Positions 1 through 7,191 of a stretch of 32,000 nt of DNA are shown here, piece by piece. Source of the DNA: Micrococcus luteus NCTC 2665 (GTDB lineage: Bacteria; Actinomycetota; Actinomycetes; Actinomycetales; Micrococcaceae); contig NC_012803.1 in NCBI RefSeq assembly GCF_000023205.1, positions 2,160,001 to 2,192,000 on the forward strand, given 5' to 3'. The notes beneath the pieces are model-generated. The model did no database searches and had not been told where the DNA came from. It worked only from the letters and a program-made list of their open reading frames with translations. A program made the position numbers and the translations under genes. Each line of letters opens with the position of its first letter. Position 1 is the first letter of the stretch.

Positions 1-219
1 GACTGGTGGGGCACCCCGGTCGTGCCGTCCTGGTACACCGACGCCTCCCGCGTGCTGGACCTCGACGGCAACCTGCAGCCGCTGGTCTCCCGCACCGACG
101 ACTCGGAGATGGCCGTGACCATCGGCGCCGACGGCTTCTCCTACACCCGCGAGGAGCAGGGCGAGGAGTCCCTGCCGGAGTGGAAGCAGGGCGAGTACAA
201 GCTCGGCAACCAGCTCTGA
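1..219 (+). CDS. C-terminal fragment of an unidentified protein; the 5' end lies outside the window
   Basis: Frame 1 is open from base 1 to TGA at 217-219. GC3 bias is strong (gac tgg tgg ggc acc ccg gtc gtg...). A hairpin follows. I did not recognise a family motif. Confidence 0.5.
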   Translation, partial: DWWGTPVVPSWYTDASRVLDLDGNLQPLVSRTDDSEMAVTIGADGFSYTREEQGEESLPEWKQGEYKLGNQL

Positions 220-252
220 CCGGCACTGCCGGGCGCCGCTCCGGGACACCAT

Positions 253-292
253 GACGACGGCGGGCACCCCACGCAGGTGCCCGCCGTCGGCG
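253..292 (+). terminator. GC-rich hairpin after the partial CDS, a likely intrinsic terminator
   Basis: GACGGCGGGCACC (256-268) pairs with GGTGCCCGCCGTC (277-289) across an 8-nt loop, about 35 nt after the stop codon. There is no clear T-tract, which is common in high-GC actinobacteria. Confidence 0.5.
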
Positions 293-334
293 TCCGCCCT
301 CCCTGCCATCCTCCGCGTCTCCCCGCCCCACGCC

Positions 335-405
335 GTTCGAGGCGGAAAATCCACCTCATTCGAGCCGGGAGGGCCAGTTTGAGCTCGATTTCCCGCCTCG
401 AAGCA
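335..405. repeat. Family A palindromic intergenic repeat, copy A1
   Basis: Arms GTTCGAGGCGGAAAATCCAC (335-354) and TCGATTTCCCGCCTCGAAGC (386-405) form an inverted repeat. The same arms occur at 2413-2483 and 3597-3672. An extra TCCCGCCTCG / CGAGGGGCGGG mini-hairpin lies at 421-452. Confidence 0.7.
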
Positions 406-562
406 TGGGGAGCAGGGGTGTCCCGCCTCGCAGACGGGCGTCGAGGGGCGGGCCTGGCTCACGGTGCACCGCCGCCAGCCCGGGCTGGGGATCGGGACGC
501 GCACCCCGGACTGATCCGGGGCGGTGACAGGATGGCGACGGGACCAGGGGCCGAGCCGCGCA

Positions 563-574
563 ATCGTATACGAT
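563..574. promoter_or_regulatory. Perfect 12-bp palindrome ATCGTATACGAT upstream of hpaH, a candidate operator
   Basis: It is an AT-rich perfect palindrome in a GC-rich spacer, 41 nt upstream of the hpaH start. A near-identical ATCGTATACGGT lies at 21242-21253 upstream of the MFS transporter gene. Confidence 0.4.
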
Positions 575-614
575 CGAGACCAGGCCCCCGCCCGACGTCG
601 TGAAGGAGACCGCT

Positions 615-1400
615 GTGCTGGACCACGAGACCCACGTCAAGATCGCCGACGAGCTGCACCGCGCGGGCATCGACCGCGTGCCGGTGCCGCGGCTGACCGC
701 GCGCTACCCGGAGATGGAGATCGAGGACTCGTACGCCGTCCAGCGCATCTGGGCCGAGTGCCAGGTCGAGGCGGGCCGCCGCAAGGTGGGCCACAAGATC
801 GGCCTGACCTCGAAGGCCATGCAGGACGCCACCGGAATCGACGAGCCGGACTACGGCGTGATCTTCGACGACCAAGTGTTCGAGTCCGGCCACGTCTACG
901 CGTGGAAGAAGTACACCCACCCCCGCGTCGAGATGGAGCTGGCGTTCGTGCTCAAGGACGAGCTGCGCGGCCCCGGCCTGAACCTGATGGACGTGCTGCG
1001 CGCCACCGAGTACGTGGTGCCCGCGCTCGAAGTGTTGGACTCCCGCATCGAGATGGAGGGCCGCACCATCACGGACACCATCTCGGACAACGCCGCCCTG
1101 GGCTCCCTGGTGATCGGCGGCCGCCCCGTGGGCGTGCACGACGTGGACCTGCGCTGGGTCTCCGGCATCCTCTCCCGCAACGAGGAGATCATCGAGACCG
1201 GCGTGGCCGCGGGCGTGCTGAACCACCCGGCCAACGGCGTGCACTGGCTGGCCAACCGCATCGCCGGGCACGGAGACGCGCTCGAAGCCGGTGAGATCGT
1301 GCTCGCCGGCTCCTTCACCCGCCCGATGTGGGTCTACGAGGGCGACACCGTCTACGCCGACTACGGCCCACTGGGCACCATCACCTGCCGCTTCGCCTGA
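615..1400 (+). CDS. hpaH: 2-oxo-hept-3-ene-1,7-dioate hydratase (HpaH/HpcG family)
   Basis: The translation is collinear with E. coli HpaH as I remember it: DHETHVKIADEL.., YAVQR.W, GHKIGLTSKAMQ, EPDYG, PRVE.ELAFVL, DTISDNAA, ETGVAAGVLNHPANGVHWLAN, G.I.CRF at the C-terminus. I moved the start from 600 to GTG 615 because GAAGGAG (602-608) sits 6 nt upstream of it. Confidence 0.9.
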   Translation: MLDHETHVKIADELHRAGIDRVPVPRLTARYPEMEIEDSYAVQRIWAECQVEAGRRKVGHKIGLTSKAMQDATGIDEPDYGVIFDDQVFESGHVYAWKKYTHPRVEMELAFVLKDELRGPGLNLMDVLRATEYVVPALEVLDSRIEMEGRTITDTISDNAALGSLVIGGRPVGVHDVDLRWVSGILSRNEEIIETGVAAGVLNHPANGVHWLANRIAGHGDALEAGEIVLAGSFTRPMWVYEGDTVYADYGPLGTITCRFA

Positions 1401-1438
1401 GCCGCCCGCCGTCGTCGTCGCCCCGCCCGCCCGCCTGC

Positions 1439-1499
1439 AACGCGGGTTGACCTATCACCAGTACGACCCCGCTCCACCCGCGACAACTCAACCCGCGTC
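1439..1499. repeat. Family E structured repeat, copy E1, in the hpaH-hpaI spacer
   Basis: The core GGTTGA(1445)...TCAACC(1493) spans exactly 49 nt. It is about 70% identical, position by position, to 9340-9388 (shared GGTTGAnnTATCACCnGT...CCGC..CACCCG..AA.TCAACC). The stem extends to AACGCGGGTTGA / TCAACCCGCGTC. Confidence 0.55.
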
Positions 1500-1535
1500 G
1501 GGTGGAGGATGCGGAGAACCCCGGAGGAACGTCCC

Positions 1536-2396
1536 ATGCCCGTCCGCCACAACCCGCAGCCGCTGTTCCGCGACCTCTTCACGCCCGAGGCCGTCGCCGC
1601 CCGTGGGGGCCGCCCCGCCGCCGGCATGTTCCTCTCCTCCGGGGACCCGACGACGGCGGAGATCTGCGCCGGCGCGGGCCTCGACTACCTGCTCATCGAC
1701 GCCGAGCACGCCCCGCTGACCCTGCAGGACGTCCTCGCCCAGCTGCGCACGATCGCCGGCTACCGCGTGCCCACCCTGGTGCGTGTGCCGGCGCTGGACA
1801 CCGTGGCCATCAAGCAGTTCCTGGACCTGGGCGCCCAGACGCTGCTGGTGCCCATGGTCGACGACGCCGCGATGGCCCGCCGCGCCGTGGCCGCCGCCCG
1901 CTACCCGGACGGCTCCGCCGAGGGCGGGGTGCGCGGCGTGGGCTCCGCCCTGGCGCGCTCCGGCCGCTGGAACCGGATCCCCGGCTACCTGCCCGGCGCG
2001 GCGGACCACGTCTCCGTGATCGTGCAGATCGAGACGGCCGCCGGCGTGCGCAACGCGGACGAGATCGCGGCGGTGGACGGGATCGACGGCGTCTTCATCG
2101 GCCCCTCGGACCTCTCCGCGTCCCTGGGCCTGCTCGGCCAGCAGTCGCACCCGGAGGTGGTGGCCGCGGTCGAGGAGGTCATCACGAAGGTCAAGGCCGC
2201 CGGGAAGATCGTGGGCGTCAACGCGTTCGTGCCCGCGCAGGCCGACGCCTACGCCGCCGCCGGTGCGGACTACGTCAACGTGGGCGCCGACGTCGCCCTG
2301 CTGGCCCGCGCCGCCGAGGCCCTCGCCGACCGCTGGTGCCCGGCGCCGACCGACGCAGCGGCCGACAGGGAGGGCGCGCCCCGCGCGTCGTACTGA
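1536..2396 (+). CDS. hpaI: 2,4-dihydroxyhept-2-ene-1,7-dioate aldolase (HpaI/HpcH family)
   Basis: The translation matches remembered E. coli HpaI motifs: DYLLIDAEHAP, IKQFLDLGAQTLLVPMV, ARYPP-like ARYPDG, GVRGVGSALARSGRWNRIPGYL, VIVQIET, GVDGVFIGPSDLSAS, HPEV, LLARAAEALA. The start is set to ATG 1536, which follows GGAGGA at 1522-1527. The ORF track begins at 1509. Confidence 0.9.
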   Translation: MPVRHNPQPLFRDLFTPEAVAARGGRPAAGMFLSSGDPTTAEICAGAGLDYLLIDAEHAPLTLQDVLAQLRTIAGYRVPTLVRVPALDTVAIKQFLDLGAQTLLVPMVDDAAMARRAVAAARYPDGSAEGGVRGVGSALARSGRWNRIPGYLPGAADHVSVIVQIETAAGVRNADEIAAVDGIDGVFIGPSDLSASLGLLGQQSHPEVVAAVEEVITKVKAAGKIVGVNAFVPAQADAYAAAGADYVNVGADVALLARAAEALADRWCPAPTDAAADREGAPRASY

Positions 2397-2412
2397 TCCG
2401 ATCATCCCCTCA

Positions 2413-2483
2413 CTTCGGGGCGCGAAATCCACCCCATGGACGCCTGATCCTGGTCCATGACGTGGATTTCCCGCCTCGAATGG
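2413..2483. repeat. Family A palindromic repeat, copy A2, inverted relative to A3
   Basis: The sequence reads CTTCGGGGCGCGAAATCCAC ... GTGGATTTCCCGCCTCGAATGG. Its reverse complement aligns with 3597-3672 at identical spacing, apart from the 15-nt centre. The perfect arm faces the downstream DUF559-type gene. Confidence 0.75.
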
Positions 2484-2606
2484 TTCGGGGCCGGCGCCCC
2501 GGAGGGACGCCACCGCCTCCTGCACAACCGCGCCGGTCCCCCTCGTGCGTCCCCAGGCCCACGCTCGTCCGTCTCGGGATGCCGACCGACGGGGCACGCT
2601 CGCCGC

Positions 2607-3557
2607 ATGCCCCGTCGCCCCGCCCCGCTGCCGCCGTCGATCGACCCCGCCGCCTTCACGGTCGACGACGCGCGCCGGGCGGGCGTGACGTGGCCCCGAC
2701 TGCAGTCCTCAGACCTGCGGCGGCTGCGCCACGGCATCTACGGGCCGGCCGGCCCCGCGGCGGTCTCCGTGCGTGAGTGGACGATGGATGAGGTCCGCGC
2801 GTACCAGCGGCGCCATCCCGACGTCGTCGTCAGCCATGAGACCGCCGCCCGCCTGCACGGCCTGACCGTGCCCGAACGGCTGCTGGCCCCCGGTGCGGTG
2901 CACGTCAGCGTCGGCACCTCGGGTGGCCGGCCGGTCCAGGCGGGTCTGGTGCCCCACCGCATCGAAGTGCCGGAGGGACAGCGGATGACGCGGGGCGGCG
3001 TGCTCGTGACGACGCCGGCCCGCACGCTGTGGGACCTGTGCGCGGCACGGTCGGCGCTCACCGGGCGGGACGTCGTCATCGCCGGTGACGCCCTGCTCTG
3101 CCCGCCGTGGCTGCCCGGCGGCGGACGCGGGGCTCCCGCCTACACCCCGGAGGAGCTCGTCCGATCGCTGGCCGAACGGGGACGTTTCCGGGGGCGCGGG
3201 CTGGCCCGGGCGGCGCTGGCGAGGATGCGCGTGGGGGCGGATTCGCCGCGCGAGACGCGTCTGCGGCTGGCGCTCGTCGACGCCGGGCTGCCGGAGCCCG
3301 AGATGCAGTGCCGGCTGGACCCGTCAGACCGCCGCGCTCCGACGGTCGACCTGGGGTATCGGCAGTGGCGCCTCGCGTTGCAATACGAGGGCGAGCACCA
3401 CCGCACCGCCGAGCAGCAGGCCCGGGACGTGCTGCGCGACCGCTGGTGCGCCGACCACGACTGGCTCTCGATCAAGGTCATGTGGGCCGACGCCCGGGAC
3501 GACTACGCGGACGTCGTCGCGCGGGTGCGGTGCCGGGCGGCCGAGTTCAGTGGGTGA
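2607..3557 (+). CDS. AbiEi-like wHTH N-terminal domain fused to a DUF559 / Vsr-like PD-(D/E)xK endonuclease domain, paralogue 1
   Basis: The C-terminal part reads SPRETRLRLALVDAGLPEPEMQ ... TVDLGY...LALQYEGEHHR ... RDRW, which fits the DUF559 pattern of D, then E-x-(D/E)-G-x-x-H-R. The N-terminus (FTVDDARRAGVTWPRLQS..LRRLRHGIY) fits the AbiEi-type wHTH region common in actinobacterial paralogue families. The start is set to ATG 2607 because similarity to the paralogue at 27551-28543 begins there (MPRRPAPLPP vs [10 protein letters not shown]). The longer ORF from 2457 runs through repeat A2. Confidence 0.7.
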   Translation: MPRRPAPLPPSIDPAAFTVDDARRAGVTWPRLQSSDLRRLRHGIYGPAGPAAVSVREWTMDEVRAYQRRHPDVVVSHETAARLHGLTVPERLLAPGAVHVSVGTSGGRPVQAGLVPHRIEVPEGQRMTRGGVLVTTPARTLWDLCAARSALTGRDVVIAGDALLCPPWLPGGGRGAPAYTPEELVRSLAERGRFRGRGLARAALARMRVGADSPRETRLRLALVDAGLPEPEMQCRLDPSDRRAPTVDLGYRQWRLALQYEGEHHRTAEQQARDVLRDRWCADHDWLSIKVMWADARDDYADVVARVRCRAAEFSG

Positions 3558-3596
3558 CCCGGTGAGATCCACGGCCACTGCAGTCCGCCACGGCTC

Positions 3597-3672
3597 CCTC
3601 GTTTCGAGGCGGGAAATCCAGGTCATGGGGCTCTGGTCCACGCCCATGGGGTCGATTTCCCGCCGCGAAAGG
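3597..3672. repeat. Family A palindromic repeat, copy A3
   Basis: The sequence reads CCTCGTTTCGAGGCGGGAAATCCA ... TCGATTTCCCGCCGCGAAAGG, with an internal CATGG/CCATGG stem. It begins 40 nt after the stop of the DUF559-type gene, and the perfect arm faces that gene. Confidence 0.75.
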
Positions 3673-3730
3673 ACGGGCCCGGTGGGAGTCGGCCTGTGAA
3701 CACCCGTCCTCCCCCACGTAGCGTGGCCCC

Positions 3731-5227
3731 ATGACCGCGTCCGCCCCCACCCTGAGCTCGCATTTCGCCGACACCTTCCCCGAGCTCGCCCTGCCCTGGC
3801 AGGCCCAGGCCACGGACGGCCCGCAGCTCGTCCTGCTCAACGCCGGCCTCGCGACGGAGCTCGGCCTCGACGCCGAGTGGCTCGCCACCGACGACGGCGT
3901 CCGCTTCCTCACCGGCGAGCAGCCCGGCCCGGACGCGCGGCCGGTCGCGCAGGCGTACGCGGGCCACCAGTTCGGCCACTACTCCCCTCGCCTGGGTGAC
4001 GGGCGCGCCCTCCTCCTCGGCGAGCTCACGGCTCCGGACGGTCGGCTCCACGACCTGCATCTCAAGGGCTCCGGTCGCACGCCCTTCGCGCGCGGCACCG
4101 CCGACGGGCAGGCCGTGCTCGGCCCCATGCTCCGCGAGTACGTGGTCTCCGAGGCGATGCACGCCCTCGGCGTGCCGACCACGCGGGCGCTCGCCGTCGT
4201 CGCCACGGGCCACCCGGTCCGCCGCGAAACCGTGCTGCCGGGCGCGGTGCTGGCCCGGACGGCCGCGTCGCACCTGCGCGTCGGCACGGCCCAGTACGCC
4301 GCGGCCCTCCCCGAGCAGGCGCACCCCACGGAGGTGCTGCGCCGGATCGTCGACGAGGCCATCGCCCGCCACCACCCGCACGCCGCCGACGCCGAGCACC
4401 CCGCGCTCGCGCTCGACGAGGCGGTGATCGCCGCGCAGGCCGAGCTCGTCTCCCGCTGGATGCTCGTCGGCTTCGTGCACGGTGTGATGAACACGGACAA
4501 CATGACCCTGTCCGGCGAGACCATCGACTACGGCCCCTGCGCGTTCATCGACGCCTTCGATCCGGCCGCGAGCTTCTCCTCGATCGACACCCAGGGCCGG
4601 TACGCGTACGGCAATCAGGGGCCCATCGCGGCGTGGAACCTCGCCCGGCTCGGCGAGGCCCTCGTGCCCGTGCTCGACGACGACCCCGACCGCGCCGTCG
4701 CGCTCGCCCAGGAGGCGCTGGGCAGGTTCCACGGCGCCCATCTCGCGGCGTGGCGGGGCGGACTGCGGGACAAGCTCGGTCTCCCGGCGTCGGTGGCGGA
4801 GGACGACGTCGCCGCGCTCACCGACCGCCTGTTCCCGTGGCTGGCCGCGGCGCGGGCCGACTGGACCTCGTTCTGGGTGCGGCTGGCCGAGCACACGGCG
4901 GCGCCCGTGGACGACGACGCGGCGCGCACCGAGGCGGCACGGCTCGTCCCCGGCGCCCCGGACCCCGCGGGGCTCGCCGCCTGGCTCGCGGACTGGCGGG
5001 CGATGGGTCCCGATCCGGCCCGGATGCGCGCGGTGAACCCCGTCTACATCCCGCGGAACCACCTGCTGGACGAGGCCCGGACGGCCGCGGAGGGCGGGGA
5101 CCTCGCCCCGGTCCACCGGCTGCTCGAGGCCGTCACGGATCCCTTCACCCCGCGCCCCGGGTTCGAGCGGTACGCGGAGCCGGGTCCGGCGGACGGGGCC
5201 CCGTTCGTCACCTACTGCGGCACCTGA
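3731..5227 (+). CDS. selO: Protein adenylyltransferase SelO (YdiU/UPF0061 pseudokinase-fold AMPylase)
   Basis: The 498-aa ORF carries the typical SelO run: [37 protein letters not shown]...[37 protein letters not shown]...[24 protein letters not shown]. Confidence 0.9.
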   Translation: MTASAPTLSSHFADTFPELALPWQAQATDGPQLVLLNAGLATELGLDAEWLATDDGVRFLTGEQPGPDARPVAQAYAGHQFGHYSPRLGDGRALLLGELTAPDGRLHDLHLKGSGRTPFARGTADGQAVLGPMLREYVVSEAMHALGVPTTRALAVVATGHPVRRETVLPGAVLARTAASHLRVGTAQYAAALPEQAHPTEVLRRIVDEAIARHHPHAADAEHPALALDEAVIAAQAELVSRWMLVGFVHGVMNTDNMTLSGETIDYGPCAFIDAFDPAASFSSIDTQGRYAYGNQGPIAAWNLARLGEALVPVLDDDPDRAVALAQEALGRFHGAHLAAWRGGLRDKLGLPASVAEDDVAALTDRLFPWLAAARADWTSFWVRLAEHTAAPVDDDAARTEAARLVPGAPDPAGLAAWLADWRAMGPDPARMRAVNPVYIPRNHLLDEARTAAEGGDLAPVHRLLEAVTDPFTPRPGFERYAEPGPADGAPFVTYCGT

Positions 5228-5254
5228 CCGCTTCCGTTGACGAAACGGGCGCCC

Positions 5255-6544
5255 TCACCCCCGCGCCAGCGACTTGACCGGCACGGCCGGGTCCGCGAGC
5301 GCGGCGGCGTCCACCACGATCCCCCGGTCGATGATGCGCCGGGCGGCCTTGACGGTCATGGGGTCGTCGATCGACGCGGCCCCGCGCAGGGTCCCGTCCG
5401 CGGCCAGGGCGAAGCTCGCCACCACGACGCCGCGCACCTCGCGGTCCACGATCCGCCCGCCGGCCGGCACCGTCATGTCCCCCACGGCCTCCACGTGGGC
5501 GTCGTGCCGGTCGGACCAGAACCACGGGGCGCCCGGGGCGTCCGCCTGCTCCCCCAGGATCGCCGCCGCGGCGGCCGCACCGGAACGCAGGGCCGGTTCC
5601 CAGTGCCGCGAGGGTGCCCACGCGGACTCCCGGGCGCGCGCGGCGTCGCCCACGGCCAGGATCCCGGGCACGGCAGTGCGGCCCATCGCGTCCGTGAGCA
5701 CGCCGTCGGCCACCTCCAGACCGGCGTCCTCGGCGAGGGCGGTGTCCGGCACGGTGCCGCCGGCCAGCACCACGACGTCGGCGTCCACGGTCCGCCCGTC
5801 GTGGAGGTGGAGCCGGTGGGCGGCCGGCAGCGCGGCGCCGCCGTCGGCGTCCCGGTGCTCGATCCAGGCCGCCCGGCCGACCTCGACAGCGACCCCGTGC
5901 TCGGCGTGCATCCGGTGCAGGCGGGCGGCCAGCGCCGGCCCGACCGCCGCGCGAGCCGGGGCGTCCGTCCCGGTCACGAGCGTCACCGCGGCGAGCGAGC
6001 GGCGCGCCGCGGCCGCGACCTCCGCCCCCGTGAAGCCGCCGCCCACGACCGCCACCTCGGTCCCGAACGTCAAACGGTCGCGCAGGGCCTCGGCGTCGGC
6101 GCGGGTGCGCAGGGTGATCAGGTCCGGGTGGTCGGCGCCGGCGACGTCGAGGGCCCGGGGTCGCCCGCCCGTGGCGAGCACGACCGCGTCCGCGTCCAGG
6201 ACCCGCCCGGAGGCCGTCTCCACCCGATGGGGCGCGGGGCCGCCGTCGGGGTGGACGCCGCCCGGCACCACCCGGACCGCCTCGTCCTCCACCAGCTCCA
6301 CACCGTGCTCGGCGAACCACGCCGGCGGGGCGAGCAGCAGGCGGTGCGCGTCCGCGTCGCCGGTCAGGAACTCCTTGCTCAGGGGCGGCCGGTCATAGGG
6401 CACGCCCTGCGGGTCCACGAGGGCGATCCCACCCGCGAAACCGCGGCGCCGCAGCTCGCGGACCACGGCGAAGCCCGCGACGCCGCCGCCCACCACGACG
6501 ACCGCGCCGGGCACGCCCGCCGGGGCCTCGACGTCGTGGCTCAT
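5255..6544 (-). CDS. FAD/NAD(P)-dependent ferredoxin reductase (pyridine nucleotide-disulfide oxidoreductase family)
   Basis: Two Rossmann motifs are present (VVVVGGGVAGFA and VAVVGGGFTGAEVA), followed by GILAVGD and WFWSD.H, as in putidaredoxin/rhodocoxin-type reductases. The start is ATG 6544 (MSHDVEAP...), which overlaps the stop of the upstream Rieske gene as ATGA. Confidence 0.85.
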   Translation of the reverse strand: MSHDVEAPAGVPGAVVVVGGGVAGFAVVRELRRRGFAGGIALVDPQGVPYDRPPLSKEFLTGDADAHRLLLAPPAWFAEHGVELVEDEAVRVVPGGVHPDGGPAPHRVETASGRVLDADAVVLATGGRPRALDVAGADHPDLITLRTRADAEALRDRLTFGTEVAVVGGGFTGAEVAAAARRSLAAVTLVTGTDAPARAAVGPALAARLHRMHAEHGVAVEVGRAAWIEHRDADGGAALPAAHRLHLHDGRTVDADVVVLAGGTVPDTALAEDAGLEVADGVLTDAMGRTAVPGILAVGDAARARESAWAPSRHWEPALRSGAAAAAAILGEQADAPGAPWFWSDRHDAHVEAVGDMTVPAGGRIVDREVRGVVVASFALAADGTLRGAASIDDPMTVKAARRIIDRGIVVDAAALADPAVPVKSLARG

Positions 6545-6870
6545 GCGCCGGGGACGAGGTAGAGCTGGCCCTCGCGCTCCTCGACGCGGTGCACGCCGAC
6601 GCCCTTGGTGGCGGGCAGGCAGAGCGCCTCGCCGGTGCGCAGGCAGAACTGCGCGGCGTGCAGCGGGCACTCCACGCGGTCGTCCTCGAGCCAGCCCTCG
6701 GCCAGCGAGGCGTCCTCGTGGGTGCACGTGTCGTCGATCGCGTGGAACTCGCCCGCGTCCGTGTGGAACACCGCGACGTCGTCCCTCGTCCCCGCCGTCG
6801 CCGCCGGGACGACGATCGCCTCGCCCTCCGGGACGTCCGCCGCCGCGCCGATGTGGATCGGCTCCGCCAT
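6541..6870 (-). CDS. Rieske [2Fe-2S] ferredoxin (oxygenase ferredoxin-component type)
   Basis: The protein is 109 aa from ATG 6870, with GAGGAGG 6 nt upstream on the minus strand. The Rieske ligand motifs are C-T-H (DDTCTHEDASL) and C-P-L-H (VECPLHAAQF). Confidence 0.85.
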   Translation of the reverse strand: MAEPIHIGAAADVPEGEAIVVPAATAGTRDDVAVFHTDAGEFHAIDDTCTHEDASLAEGWLEDDRVECPLHAAQFCLRTGEALCLPATKGVGVHRVEEREGQLYLVPGA

Positions 6871-7191
6871 GGTCTGCCTCCTCTGGTTCCCGGGCCGGGC
6901 GGCCCGTGGTGGTCTCCCGTCACCGTATCCCCCGGCGCGGACCCGGCACCCCTCCGCTGTGCTCCGCCCCGGCGCCACACCGCGCCCATCTGTGAATGGA
7001 TGAACCGGACATCACCGGGGCGTGAAATGACCCGACAAGCCTCCGAGAAATGCTCCCGGCAATGGTCGATCACGCTACGATCACGACGGCTCTCCGGCCC
7101 TCATCCCGCCCGCACCACGCCACCGACCCGGGGATGCGGCACGGCCCGCGCCTGTCGTTCCTCGGGCACTCCACCTTCCGAAGGCATCCGC

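Noticed and set aside
2607-3557. An AbiEi/AbiEii type IV toxin-antitoxin interpretation of the wHTH-containing genes.
   Set aside because: Neither paralogue has an adjacent AbiEii nucleotidyltransferase gene. The wHTH is instead fused to a DUF559 nuclease-like domain, so a classical two-gene TA module is not supported.
6589-7191. N-terminal extensions in the ORF track. These are amidase from 6589, reductase from 6727, Rieske from 6978, DUF559 genes from 2457 and 28675, hydrolase from 16340, WXG-like from 16345, hydroxylase from 11999 and paaC from 17162.
   Set aside because: The extensions overlap neighbouring genes or repeats and lack homology to the family. Downstream starts have Shine-Dalgarno sequences, 4-nt overlaps or paralogue support.
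6871-7191. A possible ydaO-type c-di-AMP riboswitch upstream of the cell-wall hydrolase.
   Set aside because: GGGGCGTGAAATGACCCGA is faintly reminiscent of the GGGGUGAAUC core. I could not find the conserved 3' part (CCGA..CCG.CAGCU.ACCUCGUA.GC-like) or a matching pseudo-symmetric second half. Only an Infernal scan could settle this.
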